A DNA stretch of 64,000 nucleotides from Pontiella sp. (lineage in GTDB: Bacteria; Verrucomicrobiota; Kiritimatiellia; Kiritimatiellales; Pontiellaceae), in the NCBI GenBank assembly GCA_050290185.1, contig JBNKHE010000005.1, positions 160,001 through 224,000 of the forward strand, given 5' to 3'. The first letter of the stretch is position 1. Each line of letters opens with the position of its first letter. Shown piece by piece: positions 19,808-29,950 of this stretch. Position numbers and translations under genes: made by a program. The notes beneath the pieces were generated by a model. The model did not search any database, was not told where the DNA came from, and saw only the letters and a program-made list of their open reading frames with translations.

Positions 19808-21537
19808 TCAAAAACCTGGATATTCACGTGTTGGAACGCATGCGCACGCGCTTTAACCGGTTGTATGGCCCAAACGAAGTGGAGCACCTGCTCGAACGCA
19901 TGGTGGCCTTGATCGGACGTTATGGAATCGGGCTGGAAGGGTACAGCTCAGATGAGCTTTGGAACGAAAAAACGGCAGTTCTGATCACCTACGGCGACAT
20001 GGTGCAGAATGAGGGTGAACCGCCCTTGCAAGTGCTGAAGCGGTTTGTAGACCGGCATTTGGCCGGTTCCATCAACACCATTCATATCCTGCCGTTTTAT
20101 CCATACTCGTCGGATGACGGGTTTTCGGTGATCGATTATCGGGTCGTTGATCCAGCGCTGGGCGTTTGGAAAGATGTGCAGGAAACCGGACGGGAGTTTC
20201 GCTTGATGTTCGATCTGGTGCTCAACCATTGCTCGCGGAAGAGCAAATGGTTTGTCGACTACATCGGGAATATCGCGCCATACCGGGATTATTTTATCGA
20301 AGCCGATCCGAAGACCGACTTGTCCGCGGTAGCGCGGCCACGCGCGCTCCCGTTGCTGACACCGGTCCACACCCGGCACGGAGACACCCACATATGGACG
20401 ACCTTCAGCGACGACCAGATGGATCTCGATTTTTCCAACCCGGATGTCCTCTTCGATTTTCTCGATATCCTCCTGTTCTATATCTCAAAGGGCGCCACCA
20501 TCATCCGCCTGGATGCCATTGCCTATCTTTGGAAGCAGGTCGGGACGAGCTGCATTCATCTCGAACAGACACACGAAGTGGTCAAGATGATGCACGACCT
20601 GCTCGATATGGTTGCGCCGGAAGTCGTGCTGCTCACGGAAACGAATGTCCCTCATGAGGAAAACATTTCCTATTTCGGTTCAGGCGACGAGGCGCACATG
20701 GTTTATCAATTCAGCCTGCCTCCGCTTCTGCTGCATGGCCTGATCAACAATAATGCATCCTATCTCACCCATTGGGCCGCTTCACTAGGCAAACTTCCGA
20801 AGCACTGCACCTTTTTTAATTTCACGGCGTCGCATGATGGCATCGGGGTGCGACCTCTGCAGGGAATCATCCCCGATGATGCACTGGGAAAACTGGCTGA
20901 TCACGTTCGCTCGCTCGGTGGACACGTGTCAACGAAGTCCAACAGCGATGGCACCGAAAGCCCCTATGAGCTGAATATTACCTATTTCGATGCGCTGGGC
21001 GACGGTTCCGAATCCGTGACGGATCTGCACATAGCCCGCTTCCTCTGCTCGCAAACCGTGGCGATGGAGCTGCGCGGCGTGCCGGCTCTATATTTCCACA
21101 GCCTCACGGCAACGCGCAACTACGCGGAAGGGGTGGAAGAAACGGGCAGGGCACGTACCATCAATCGCCGCAAATGGAACGAAGAGGAACTCAATGCTTT
21201 ATTGAGCGATCCAAAGTCGTCGGCCGCCCGCGTGCTGAAAATCTGCAAGCAACGGCTTCAACTGCGCTCCCAGCACAAGGAATTCCATCCGGATGCTGAC
21301 CAGGAGATTATCGACCTCGGATCAGACTGGTTTATCGTGGTGCGAAAATGGAAAAACAAACTGGTAGTCTGTATCAGCAACTTCACTGCTGAATACCGGG
21401 AGTTGAAAATTGATGACCGGCTCGATCTTCTGAATCGTGCCGATGCGTGCTCGGATATACTAACGGGAAACCGCTATATGGGTGAGGGGAAAGTCATTGC
21501 CTTCGACCCCTACCAGACCGTCTGGCTGCAGTTTTGA
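19804..21537 (+). CDS. GH13_18 phosphorylase, probably glucosylglycerate phosphorylase
   Basis: LITYGD, HILPF.P.SSDDGFSV.DY, RLDAIAY, TETN (not the EIH of sucrose phosphorylases), ASHDGIG, YELNITY; located beside gpgS. Confidence 0.85.
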   Translation: MIKNLDIHVLERMRTRFNRLYGPNEVEHLLERMVALIGRYGIGLEGYSSDELWNEKTAVLITYGDMVQNEGEPPLQVLKRFVDRHLAGSINTIHILPFYPYSSDDGFSVIDYRVVDPALGVWKDVQETGREFRLMFDLVLNHCSRKSKWFVDYIGNIAPYRDYFIEADPKTDLSAVARPRALPLLTPVHTRHGDTHIWTTFSDDQMDLDFSNPDVLFDFLDILLFYISKGATIIRLDAIAYLWKQVGTSCIHLEQTHEVVKMMHDLLDMVAPEVVLLTETNVPHEENISYFGSGDEAHMVYQFSLPPLLLHGLINNNASYLTHWAASLGKLPKHCTFFNFTASHDGIGVRPLQGIIPDDALGKLADHVRSLGGHVSTKSNSDGTESPYELNITYFDALGDGSESVTDLHIARFLCSQTVAMELRGVPALYFHSLTATRNYAEGVEETGRARTINRRKWNEEELNALLSDPKSSAARVLKICKQRLQLRSQHKEFHPDADQEIIDLGSDWFIVVRKWKNKLVVCISNFTAEYRELKIDDRLDLLNRADACSDILTGNRYMGEGKVIAFDPYQTVWLQF

Positions 21538-21630
21538 GCCCCGATCCGTAAATTTGCTCCGTAAAAAGTTCCAGCCCATCATTTTTTTCTGCTAGATTTA
21601 CAGCCTTTCGAACGCAGAAAGGATTTTGTA

Positions 21631-22323
21631 ATGAACAAGGCGGAATTGATCGTGGCGCTGGATGTGCCGAATACGGAAGCTATGGAGCAAAAACTCCAGC
21701 AAATGCCTGATTTTATTGAATGGTACAAGGTGGGATTGGAGCTGTTTTGCGCGGAAGGGCCGGCGGTGCTCGAACCGCTTAAAAAGCGCAACAAGAAGAT
21801 TTTCCTCGACCTCAAGCTGCACGACATTCCGCGTACCGTTGGCAATGCCGTGAAAACCGCTGCCGAACACGGCGTCAACCTGATGACCGTCCACGCCATT
21901 GGCGGGCGCGCCATGCTCGAAGAAGCCGCCAAAGCGGCCACCGAATGTGCAAATCCGCCGAAGCTGGTCGCCGTTACAACACTGACCAGCCTAAGCCAGG
22001 ACGATTTCAAGGATCTCGGAATTCAACGAACCGTTTCGGAGCAGGCGCTGGAACTGGGACGGCTGGCCATTTCATCGGGCATTGACGGCATGGTTACCAG
22101 TGCACACGAGGCGAAAGTACTTCGCGATGCCTTCCCGGATGCTATTCTTGTTACGCCGGGCATTCGCATGCCGGAAGGTGACATTGGCGACCAGAAACGT
22201 GTGGCATCACCGTCTTATGCCGTGGAGCAGGGCGCGACGCACCTGGTAATAGGACGCCCGATCATGCAAGCCGATGATCCGGCCGCAGCCGCGACAGCAA
22301 TGCTGAACGATATGAACAAATAG
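21631..22323 (+). CDS. pyrF: Orotidine-5'-phosphate decarboxylase
   Basis: ALD, KVG, DLKLHDIP.TV, VTPGIR, DQKR, GRPI. Confidence 0.96.
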   Translation: MNKAELIVALDVPNTEAMEQKLQQMPDFIEWYKVGLELFCAEGPAVLEPLKKRNKKIFLDLKLHDIPRTVGNAVKTAAEHGVNLMTVHAIGGRAMLEEAAKAATECANPPKLVAVTTLTSLSQDDFKDLGIQRTVSEQALELGRLAISSGIDGMVTSAHEAKVLRDAFPDAILVTPGIRMPEGDIGDQKRVASPSYAVEQGATHLVIGRPIMQADDPAAAATAMLNDMNK

Positions 22324-22422
22324 AATTTAGATTTTTGAATGCCGAATTGTGGGTCTGCGACCGCTTTGCTTTACGGACATGGCCAGAACCCATCCACAAA
22401 TCAAAATTCGAAAATCGAAAAT
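22321..22422. repeat. Intergenic inverted structure built from degenerate heptamers
   Basis: Left tagaatt tagattt ttgaatg ccgaatt gtgg; right ccacaaat caaaatt cgaaaat cgaaaat. Confidence 0.5.
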
Positions 22423-22436
22423 AAGGAAAATACATC

Positions 22437-23234
22437 ATGAGCAAACCGAAGGTTTTGATTATTACGGGATATGGGGTGAACTGCGAGGCAGAGTCGGCCC
22501 ATGCGTGGAAGCGGGCCGGTGCCAAGCCCAAACTGGTGCACCTTAACGATCTGCTGGATAATCCGTCACAGCTCGAAGAATTTCAGGCCATGATGTTTAT
22601 CGGCGGATTTTCCTATGGCGATCATATGACCAGCGGCCATGTTTTTGCCATGCGCGTGAAACATCACATGCAGTCCGAGCTGCAAAAGTTCATCGATGAC
22701 GGCAAGCTCATCATGGGCATTTGCAATGGCTTCCAGGTGATGACCAAGATGGGCCTTTTGCCCGGTCTCAACAGCAACTATTTCGAGCCAACGGTTTCGT
22801 TGATGCAGAACGACTGCGGCACCTTCCAGAACTTCTGGGTGGATATCCGCTTCGAGGATAGCTCACCTTGCGTATTTACCAAGGAAATCGGCACCCTTCC
22901 GCTTCCAATCCGGCACGGTGAAGGCAAGATCTTCACCCTCGACAACGAACTGCTCGAACGCATTGAAGCGGAAGGCTGTGTGGCCGCTCGGTATGTCGAC
23001 AAGAGTAATAACCCCACGCAGGACTTTCCGGCCAATCCAAACGGCTCGCTCAACGCCATTGCCGGGCTGTGTGACCCGACTGGACGCATATTCGGCATGA
23101 TGCCGCATCCGGAAGCCTACCTCTTCCCCGAAAACCATCCCAGCTGGGACAAACAAAAGCTGGATGGCACGCTTCCTGAACAGGGCCTCGGCTTGAAGCT
23201 GTTTAAAAACGCGGTGCATCACATCACCGGATAA
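22437..23234 (+). CDS. purQ: Phosphoribosylformylglycinamidine synthase glutaminase subunit
   Basis: G.NCE.E, GGFSYGD, GICNGFQ, HGEG, NPNGS, GMMPHPE. Confidence 0.95.
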   Translation: MSKPKVLIITGYGVNCEAESAHAWKRAGAKPKLVHLNDLLDNPSQLEEFQAMMFIGGFSYGDHMTSGHVFAMRVKHHMQSELQKFIDDGKLIMGICNGFQVMTKMGLLPGLNSNYFEPTVSLMQNDCGTFQNFWVDIRFEDSSPCVFTKEIGTLPLPIRHGEGKIFTLDNELLERIEAEGCVAARYVDKSNNPTQDFPANPNGSLNAIAGLCDPTGRIFGMMPHPEAYLFPENHPSWDKQKLDGTLPEQGLGLKLFKNAVHHITG

Positions 23235-23241
23235 GCAGGTC

Positions 23242-23445
23242 TTAGTCTGGAGCTGCTTTTTTAAGGACCGAAGAGCTATCTTCCGTCTTCTTCGGAACAG
23301 AACTATCACCGCGACGTTCGACAATGTGATGTTCGGGCGTTTGGTGATGAGGTGTATGAATCGACAAATGTTCCTCGTTCCGATCCCATGCCTTCGGCCC
23401 CATGCCGCTCATGCTTGACCATTTAATATCGATTCGTTTTTTCAT
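23242..23445 (-). CDS. Small hypothetical protein (67 aa)
   Basis: AGGGAGG RBS before ATG; fills the gap between convergent genes. Confidence 0.4.
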   Translation of the reverse strand: MKKRIDIKWSSMSGMGPKAWDRNEEHLSIHTPHHQTPEHHIVERRGDSSVPKKTEDSSSVLKKAAPD

Positions 23446-23612
23446 CGAACCCTCCCTTATACAGCCCAAAACGCTGATTTGATTGGGCAGTAGACTCCAT
23501 TGCTTAATCACCATGAATTTGATGAGAAATCCACTGACCTCCTCCATTACAGTAAGACACACGCATCGTGGAAACCGTGCAAAAATACATCGCGTTTTTT
23601 GCTTTAGTCCAC

Positions 23613-24581
23613 TCAAGGAATGGTGGTGCGCAGGATCGTGGCATTTCCGGAAAGGGTGTAGGCCGGCAGGGCGGAAGGAACGAGAATCGAGGTACCTGCC
23701 GTAGCACAAAGGCTCTCTTCCTCCCAGCCGATGACCACGTCTCCTTCGGACACGAACAGGGCGTGGAAGGTGCTGCCATCCAGCGGGACTTCCAGCGGTG
23801 CGGTGAAGACCAGTTTTTCCAGTCTGAAATATTCACACTTCAGAACGTCCCAGCACTTGAAAGTGCCCGTATCAACAAGGATCTTGGGTTCGACAAGTGG
23901 GTTGGCGCTGTCATCCCAGTTGATGACGTCGATGGCTTTTTCGATATGCAGCTCACGGGGCTTGCCGTCGTTACCCATACGGCCCCAGTCGTAGATGCGG
24001 TAGGTGGTGTTGGAATTCTGCTGGATTTCCAAAATCAGACATCCGTCATCGATAGCATGCACGCGTCCGCCACGTACAAAAACCGCGTCGCCTTTGGAGA
24101 CGGGTACGGGGCGCATGGTTTCGCCGCTGGTTCCATCGGCCACCGCCTGCAGGAAACTTTCTTTGGTGACACCTTCATTCAGACCGCAATAGACCTGCGT
24201 ATCATTTTTACCAAGCATATACCACATTTCCGTCTTGGCTTCTCCGCCGAACCTGACGGCGGTTTCGTCATTGGGATGAACCTGGACGCTGAGCTTTTGC
24301 TTGGCATCGATCAGCTTAATCAACAAGGGGAACTTGGATCCCTGCACCTTGCTCCCCATGATCTCTTGAGCATTGTTTTGCAGGATTTCCCGGAGGGCTT
24401 TTCCGGCTAACGGGCCATTGGCGATGATGCTCATGCCGTCATCGTGGTCGGCAATCTCCCAGGATTCAGCGTAGATACCGGGAGGTACATCACGGTTGAA
24501 GGTTTCAGGAATGCGGGATCCGCCCCAGGGATAATCCTTGTAGACGGGTTTGAAGGTCATGGGATAACATGGTGTTTTCAT
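23613..24581 (-). CDS. manA: Mannose-6-phosphate isomerase, class I
   Basis: WGG, AESWE, FPLLIKLIDA...LSVQVHP, KTEMWY, HAI, EIQQNS..TYR.YD. Confidence 0.93.
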   Translation of the reverse strand: MKTPCYPMTFKPVYKDYPWGGSRIPETFNRDVPPGIYAESWEIADHDDGMSIIANGPLAGKALREILQNNAQEIMGSKVQGSKFPLLIKLIDAKQKLSVQVHPNDETAVRFGGEAKTEMWYMLGKNDTQVYCGLNEGVTKESFLQAVADGTSGETMRPVPVSKGDAVFVRGGRVHAIDDGCLILEIQQNSNTTYRIYDWGRMGNDGKPRELHIEKAIDVINWDDSANPLVEPKILVDTGTFKCWDVLKCEYFRLEKLVFTAPLEVPLDGSTFHALFVSEGDVVIGWEEESLCATAGTSILVPSALPAYTLSGNATILRTTIP

Positions 24582-24641
24582 GCGCGAATTAAAGGGATGA
24601 ATGGGTTGTGAATCAACCCTTCTTTGTGGCTCAATGAGCCC

Positions 24642-25025
24642 ATGGAAGACCCGCGGAACAGCAAGCGCAACGATGCGAGATGGTATATCGACAAGATTCG
24701 ATACCATCTTGCCAAGCCCGTTGCTCCCAATCGCGAAATCCGTCGCATCGACAGCGTTCTCAAGGATGTGCTGGACGGTCTTGAAGAGCCCCCCTGTGAA
24801 AACATACTAGTCCTGCGGAATGCGTGGCCGGAACTGGTGGGCAAACAAATCGCGAAGCACAGCCAACCTGTCTCATTGGAATACAATACGTTGCGAATCA
24901 GCGTAGATCATCCTGGGTGGCTTCCCGAGCTGGAGCGGTCAAAACGAATCCTGTTGCAGAAGTTGCAGGCGCAATACCCAGATCTGCGTATCCGGAAACT
25001 GTATCTGAAACTCATCCATCGATAG
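24642..25025 (+). CDS. DUF721 / DciA family protein
   Basis: W.ELVG..IA.HS.P......L.I.V..P.W..EL pattern. Confidence 0.8.
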   Translation: MEDPRNSKRNDARWYIDKIRYHLAKPVAPNREIRRIDSVLKDVLDGLEEPPCENILVLRNAWPELVGKQIAKHSQPVSLEYNTLRISVDHPGWLPELERSKRILLQKLQAQYPDLRIRKLYLKLIHR

Positions 25026-25052
25026 GTGGAGGGTCGGGCAATGCCGTACCGG

Positions 25053-26384
25053 CTACAGCAGGCTGCCCGCCAGATCGGCCAGTTCCGAACGTTCCCCCTT
25101 GGTCAAGTTGATATGGGCATACAGCCGTTGTCCCTTCATGCGTTCGATGAGGTAGCTGAGCCCGGTTGAATGACTGTCCAGATAGGGATGGTCGATCTGG
25201 AAGATGTCACCGGTAAAAACGATTTTGGTTCCTTCGCCGGCCCGGGTAATGATCGTCTTGACTTCATGCGGCGTCAGGTTCTGGGCTTCGTCGACAATGA
25301 AAAACGTGTTTACGAGGCTTCGTCCGCGAATGTAGGAAAGCGGTTCGATAACGAGCTTCTTCTCTTCCAGCAGCTTGCCCATCTGGCTTCGCTTGGAGTC
25401 ACCTTGCCCCTGCGCATGTTCGATCACCCCCAGATTGTCGAAGAGCGGTTTCATGTAGGGATCCAGTTTGGATTGGATGTCGCCAGGAAGGAAGCCGATG
25501 TCCTTGTTGCTCAGCGCAACAATGGGACGTGCCATCAGGATTTGGCGGTAGCTCTTCTTGCGCTTCAGCGCACCGGCGAGGGCGAGTAACGTTTTTCCGG
25601 TGCCCGCCTTGCCGGTCAGGCTCACCAACCGGATCTTATCGTCAAGCACGGCGTCAAGCGCAAAGGTCTGCTCCGCGTTGCGCGGCGTGATGCCGTAGGC
25701 TGGAACCTTGTCGACATGCTTTATCAGGTTCAGTTCGTCATCATACACCGCCAATGCCGACTTATGCTCGCCTCGGAGAATAAGGTATTCGTTCGGGATC
25801 AGCGGAAAATCGACATCGAGCTCTCTGGCGTCGAATTCGTATGGCGGCGTATACATCAATGAGATCAATTCCGGAGACACATTTTCTTTAATTCGGGTTC
25901 CGGTGTAGAGTTGCTGAACATCCTGCACATGATCGTTCTTGTAGTCCTGTGCGAGCAAGCCCACGGCTTTGGCTTTCATCCGGAGGTTAACATCTTTGGT
26001 TACCAGGCAGACGATACGGTCCGGATTGTCATGCGCGACCTGATAGCCAATGTTGAGAATATGATGATCCGGTTTCTGTTGTGAAAAGTTTGCCGCAATG
26101 CTGGCGTCGAACTCCCGCTCCAGCTTAATGCTGATTTTTCCACGACCGGATCCGATGGGAACCCCCCCGTTGAACAGTTTGTCCCCGCTGAGGATATCGA
26201 GTCTTCGGGCAAACTCGCGGGCGTGAAAATTCAGGGAGTCGTTACCTTTTTTGAAATTATCAAGTTCTTCGAGAACGGTAATAGGGATCACTATGTCGTG
26301 TTCGCCAAATTGATTAATACAACTGCTGTCGTGGAGGATTACGTTGGTATCTAGGACGAATATTTTGCTTTGGCTTGTGGTCAT
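25053..26384 (-). CDS. PhoH2-type protein (PIN domain + PhoH ATPase)
   Basis: VLDTNV PIN start; G.AGTGKT, GFLPGD, RGRS, DEAQN, GD..QID. Confidence 0.93.
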   Translation of the reverse strand: MTTSQSKIFVLDTNVILHDSSCINQFGEHDIVIPITVLEELDNFKKGNDSLNFHAREFARRLDILSGDKLFNGGVPIGSGRGKISIKLEREFDASIAANFSQQKPDHHILNIGYQVAHDNPDRIVCLVTKDVNLRMKAKAVGLLAQDYKNDHVQDVQQLYTGTRIKENVSPELISLMYTPPYEFDARELDVDFPLIPNEYLILRGEHKSALAVYDDELNLIKHVDKVPAYGITPRNAEQTFALDAVLDDKIRLVSLTGKAGTGKTLLALAGALKRKKSYRQILMARPIVALSNKDIGFLPGDIQSKLDPYMKPLFDNLGVIEHAQGQGDSKRSQMGKLLEEKKLVIEPLSYIRGRSLVNTFFIVDEAQNLTPHEVKTIITRAGEGTKIVFTGDIFQIDHPYLDSHSTGLSYLIERMKGQRLYAHINLTKGERSELADLAGSLL

Positions 26385-26759
26385 GGAGAGAAAGACCCTT
26401 TCATGTTTTATTACTTACAATATTTGTGTCCCGGTGTAGCGCGATAAGACAAACCTCCTTTCATTTTTCTTAATACGAATGCTCACGATCTACCAAGTAC
26501 AACACGCTTATACAACGAAGCAATTTTGCTGGAACCCGCCGGCATGGTCAATGGGTAAATTGTGCAACAAGCTGCATCGATGCACAAAATGTTGTGGTTG
26601 AGACGCCTGTGTTTCAAAATATTTTGCTTCCCGCGCGTCTACCATCCAGTGCACCGGATTGCCTAAACTCGTATCTGCCAAACATTGACGGGATCTTTCG
26701 AATGTTGTAATTTCCTGTTAGTCAGGAAGTTGGTTAAGATTGAAGGCTTGGAGGGGATT

Positions 26760-27440
26760 ATGAATACGATAGCCATTGTAATTGCATGCGGCAGGGAAGA
26801 AGAAGTTTCTACAGAAACAGAAGCCGGCTTCCTTACCCTAGGGGATACCCCCGTGATAGCCCACTCCCTAAAAACCCTCGAAAAAACACCTTCCATTGAG
26901 GGCATTATCATCGCGGTATCCAAGAACCGCGTAGATTCAGCAATGCACGTAATCAAACGCTTTGGCATCCAGAAAGTATTCGGCGTTGTCGTGGGCGGAG
27001 TAAATCGTCATAGCACGCTGAAGACGGTTCTAGCCAAACTTCCCCATCAGCCCTCTATCATTGTTATACACGAAGCATCGCGCCCTTTTACTACCCGGGA
27101 AGTATTCGAAGAAACGGTGAAGGCTGGCAGGCGATACGGATGCGCCATTGCCGCACACAAGTTGCCGGATGCTGTAAAACTGGCTCCCAAAGGGCTGAAG
27201 GCAACGGGTACATTGGAGAGGAATACGGCCTGGTCCGCACAAACCCCACAGGTGTTTAAAACGGATGTGCTTGAAAAAATCGCAGGAAACAAGAGTGCTA
27301 AAATCGTCGATGATGAATCGGAGTTTGTCAAAAAACCGACTGAGGTTCACATGGTTGAGGCCGGCGGGGTTAACATGAAAATCCGCACATCGGATGATTT
27401 GGCCATAGCAACGGCACTGATCAATGCCAAAATTACCTGA
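26760..27440 (+). CDS. IspD-like cytidylyltransferase with degenerate motifs
   Basis: GG..R..T, H.ASRP, AQTPQ.F, N.KI.T..DL; the N-terminal AAG.G.R..K motif is replaced. Confidence 0.7.
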   Translation: MNTIAIVIACGREEEVSTETEAGFLTLGDTPVIAHSLKTLEKTPSIEGIIIAVSKNRVDSAMHVIKRFGIQKVFGVVVGGVNRHSTLKTVLAKLPHQPSIIVIHEASRPFTTREVFEETVKAGRRYGCAIAAHKLPDAVKLAPKGLKATGTLERNTAWSAQTPQVFKTDVLEKIAGNKSAKIVDDESEFVKKPTEVHMVEAGGVNMKIRTSDDLAIATALINAKIT

Positions 27441-27443
27441 ACG

Positions 27444-28169
27444 CTAGCGTCCGTAATCCAACCGTAGGGCATTCCTGAAGGGCAGACCGGCGTTTCTTAT
27501 TTTTTTCTGCGTGGCGGAAATCTCATATTCTACCCGGCGCAGCTCAATCGTTTCCTGCTCCAGGTCGTAGATGGCGTAGGCCGACTTTGGATTGCGGTCG
27601 CGCGGCTGGCCGACACTGCCGACATTAACTAGGTATTTGAAGCCGGGTTTGAGCTTCAAGGTTTCGTAGAATCCCTTTTCAATGCTGTCGCCATCGCTTA
27701 CAAATGCAAGCGGTACATGGGTGTGGCCAAAGAAGCAAACGTTTGAAAACTGATTGAGGAAACTGGACTCGGCAGCGGTGCGCTTGAATATATAATTCCA
27801 ACGGTTTGGATTGCTCAGGGAACTATGGACGATCGTGAAACTTTCGATGTCCTTGAGCATGGGAAGCTCACGCAGGTATTTTCGATCAAGCAGCGAGAGC
27901 TGCTTGCGGGTCCAGTAGATGCTCCGCTGAGCCATCGTGGTGAAAAGTTCCATGGATTCATTGCACCCGGCATAATAGTCGTGGTTGCCCTGAACCACTT
28001 CGCAACCAAGCCCGCGAACCAATTTTAAACAAGCCTTGGGGTCTGCATTATAGCCCACCACATCACCCGTACAGGCATAATGCGTTACACCCTGTTTTTC
28101 AGCATCCTGCAGGACGGCCTGCAGCGCCTCAAGATTGGCATGTATGTCGCCTAAAATTGCATACTTCAT
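27444..28169 (-). CDS. Calcineurin-like metallophosphoesterase
   Basis: GDIHAN, GDVVGY, GNHD, GHTH, NVGSVGQPRD. Confidence 0.9.
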   Translation of the reverse strand: MKYAILGDIHANLEALQAVLQDAEKQGVTHYACTGDVVGYNADPKACLKLVRGLGCEVVQGNHDYYAGCNESMELFTTMAQRSIYWTRKQLSLLDRKYLRELPMLKDIESFTIVHSSLSNPNRWNYIFKRTAAESSFLNQFSNVCFFGHTHVPLAFVSDGDSIEKGFYETLKLKPGFKYLVNVGSVGQPRDRNPKSAYAIYDLEQETIELRRVEYEISATQKKIRNAGLPFRNALRLDYGR

Positions 28170-28459
28170 TAAAATGAGATCCCAAATCGGTTGTATTTTC
28201 CTGTGGCGGTTTCCCAGCCAACCCGATCCTGCATGATATACGGCCTCAATGGCGAGTTCCGGATATCATAAATAAAATCGGAAAGTTCGGCCTCTTCGCC
28301 CTCGGCGACCAGCTCCACATCGCCATTGTCCAGATTCCGCACAAAACCAGTGACCGCAAATTTCTCGGCAATGCGGCAGACGGTGAACCTGAAGCCGACG
28401 CCCTGTACCCGACCGGAAAAGAGGGCGTGGAGACGCTTCTGCTCTGCATCGGAATTCAT
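28169..28459 (-). CDS. acyP: Acylphosphatase
   Basis: [20 protein letters not shown]. Confidence 0.92.
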   Translation of the reverse strand: MNSDAEQKRLHALFSGRVQGVGFRFTVCRIAEKFAVTGFVRNLDNGDVELVAEGEEAELSDFIYDIRNSPLRPYIMQDRVGWETATGKYNRFGISF

Positions 28460-28572
28460 CGGTTTCTTATAGCCCAACATGGACTGAGCAGCAAAGTTTC
28501 AATAGGTTAAAATAAAGGTATTTAAATTCGGTAAACCATGCACAATCAAAACGCTGAACGAAGGAGATCCGT

Positions 28573-29214
28573 ATGACTGAAAATCAATTCGAAGGACGCT
28601 ACCAGTCGGGAGATACCCCTTGGGATCATGGCATGGTGGATGACAATCTTATCGAAGTCGTCTCCAGGCATACGATAAATCCATGCCGTGTTCTGGATGT
28701 GGGTTGCGGAACCGGCGAAAACGCCATCTGGCTTGCACAGCAGGGTTTTGATGTCGTCGCATGTGATTTGTCGTCAACAGCGATACAGCGGGCCAAAGCA
28801 AAGCTTTCTTCGATAACCACAGACATATGCTTTCTCGTTGCCGACTTTCTGGTCGACTCCATTTCTGATGCACCTTTTTCCTTTATATTTGACCGTGGCT
28901 GCCTGCATTGCATGTCGGGAGATTCCGACCGAAAATCCTTTGTACAAAAAATCGCCAAGCTTCTGGATGAAGAGGGCTATTGGCTATCACTTGTCGGCAA
29001 TGCCGATGAAGGGGAGCGGGGGGTTGGACCACCCCAGCTCACGGCAAGCGAACTGACTTCGGTCGTGGAACCGTATTTCGAAATCCTGTCGCTCACCGCC
29101 GGCCATTTTGGTTCGGACCAGGAGATTCCTCCCCGAGCGTGGATCTGCCTGATGCGCAAACGAAGGTCACGACGATCGTTCGGACCGGGTAAAAACCGGT
29201 TCTCCAGGCGTTGA
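28573..29214 (+). CDS. Class I SAM-dependent methyltransferase (TPMT-like)
   Basis: TPWD, VLDVGCGTG, FDRGCLH. Confidence 0.85.
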   Translation: MTENQFEGRYQSGDTPWDHGMVDDNLIEVVSRHTINPCRVLDVGCGTGENAIWLAQQGFDVVACDLSSTAIQRAKAKLSSITTDICFLVADFLVDSISDAPFSFIFDRGCLHCMSGDSDRKSFVQKIAKLLDEEGYWLSLVGNADEGERGVGPPQLTASELTSVVEPYFEILSLTAGHFGSDQEIPPRAWICLMRKRRSRRSFGPGKNRFSRR

Positions 29215-29931
29215 AAGTTCAGGCATGTATTCGTAGCCGTCTTCGGAAAATCCAAGAATCCCATCGGCATCGGTCACCCGGTTTTCAATAAGAAAGCGCG
29301 CCATGGTCCCGCGCGCTTTCTTGGCATAGAAGCTGATGATCTTGAATTTTCCGTTTTTCTCGTCCTTGAATACGGGGGAGATAATTTTCTTTTCCAGTTT
29401 CCTGCAGTCGATGGCCTTGAAGTATTCCTGAGAGGCCAGATTCACAAGCAACGTTCCTTTTTCGGAATTAAGGCTATCAGTAACCGTACCCCGCCAGAAT
29501 TCATACAGGTTTTTCGCTCCGCGGGTTTCCAGAGGCCGGCCCATTTCGAGCCGGTAGGGCTGGATCAGATCGAGCGGGCGAAGCAATCCGTAAAGACCGG
29601 AGAGAATGCGCAGGTGGTTCTGGGCATACTGTAGGTCGCGCTTCTTCAAGTTGGATGCATCCAGGCCTTCGTAGACATCGCCGGTAAATGCAAGCAGGGC
29701 CTGCTTGGCGTTCTCAAGCGAGAAGGGCGGATTCCAATCCGCGAAGCGTTGGTGGTTGAGCTGGGCCAGCTTTTCGCTGATGGCCATGAATTCCATCAGT
29801 TCAGAAGTAGAAAACCTGCGGGCTTTTTCAACAAGCTTTTTGGATTGTTCAAGGAACGCCGGTTGCGTGGCACCGGCCACTTCTGCGGGTTCCATATCCA
29901 TGCTTTTCGAAGGTGAGAGTACAATAATCAT
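29167..29931 (-). CDS. yaaA: Peroxide stress protein YaaA
   Basis: SPSK, GDVY, LSGLYG.LRP.D.I.PYRLEMG, NLAS.EY, AKKARG. Confidence 0.95.
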   Translation of the reverse strand: MIIVLSPSKSMDMEPAEVAGATQPAFLEQSKKLVEKARRFSTSELMEFMAISEKLAQLNHQRFADWNPPFSLENAKQALLAFTGDVYEGLDASNLKKRDLQYAQNHLRILSGLYGLLRPLDLIQPYRLEMGRPLETRGAKNLYEFWRGTVTDSLNSEKGTLLVNLASQEYFKAIDCRKLEKKIISPVFKDEKNGKFKIISFYAKKARGTMARFLIENRVTDADGILGFSEDGYEYMPELSTPGEPVFTRSERSS

Positions 29932-29950
29932 TTTTCAAGCATCTTACGAA

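Noticed and set aside
25053..26384. PIN domain as a toxin-antitoxin or defence system
   Set aside because: Standard PIN-PhoH (PhoH2) architecture with no adjacent antitoxin seen
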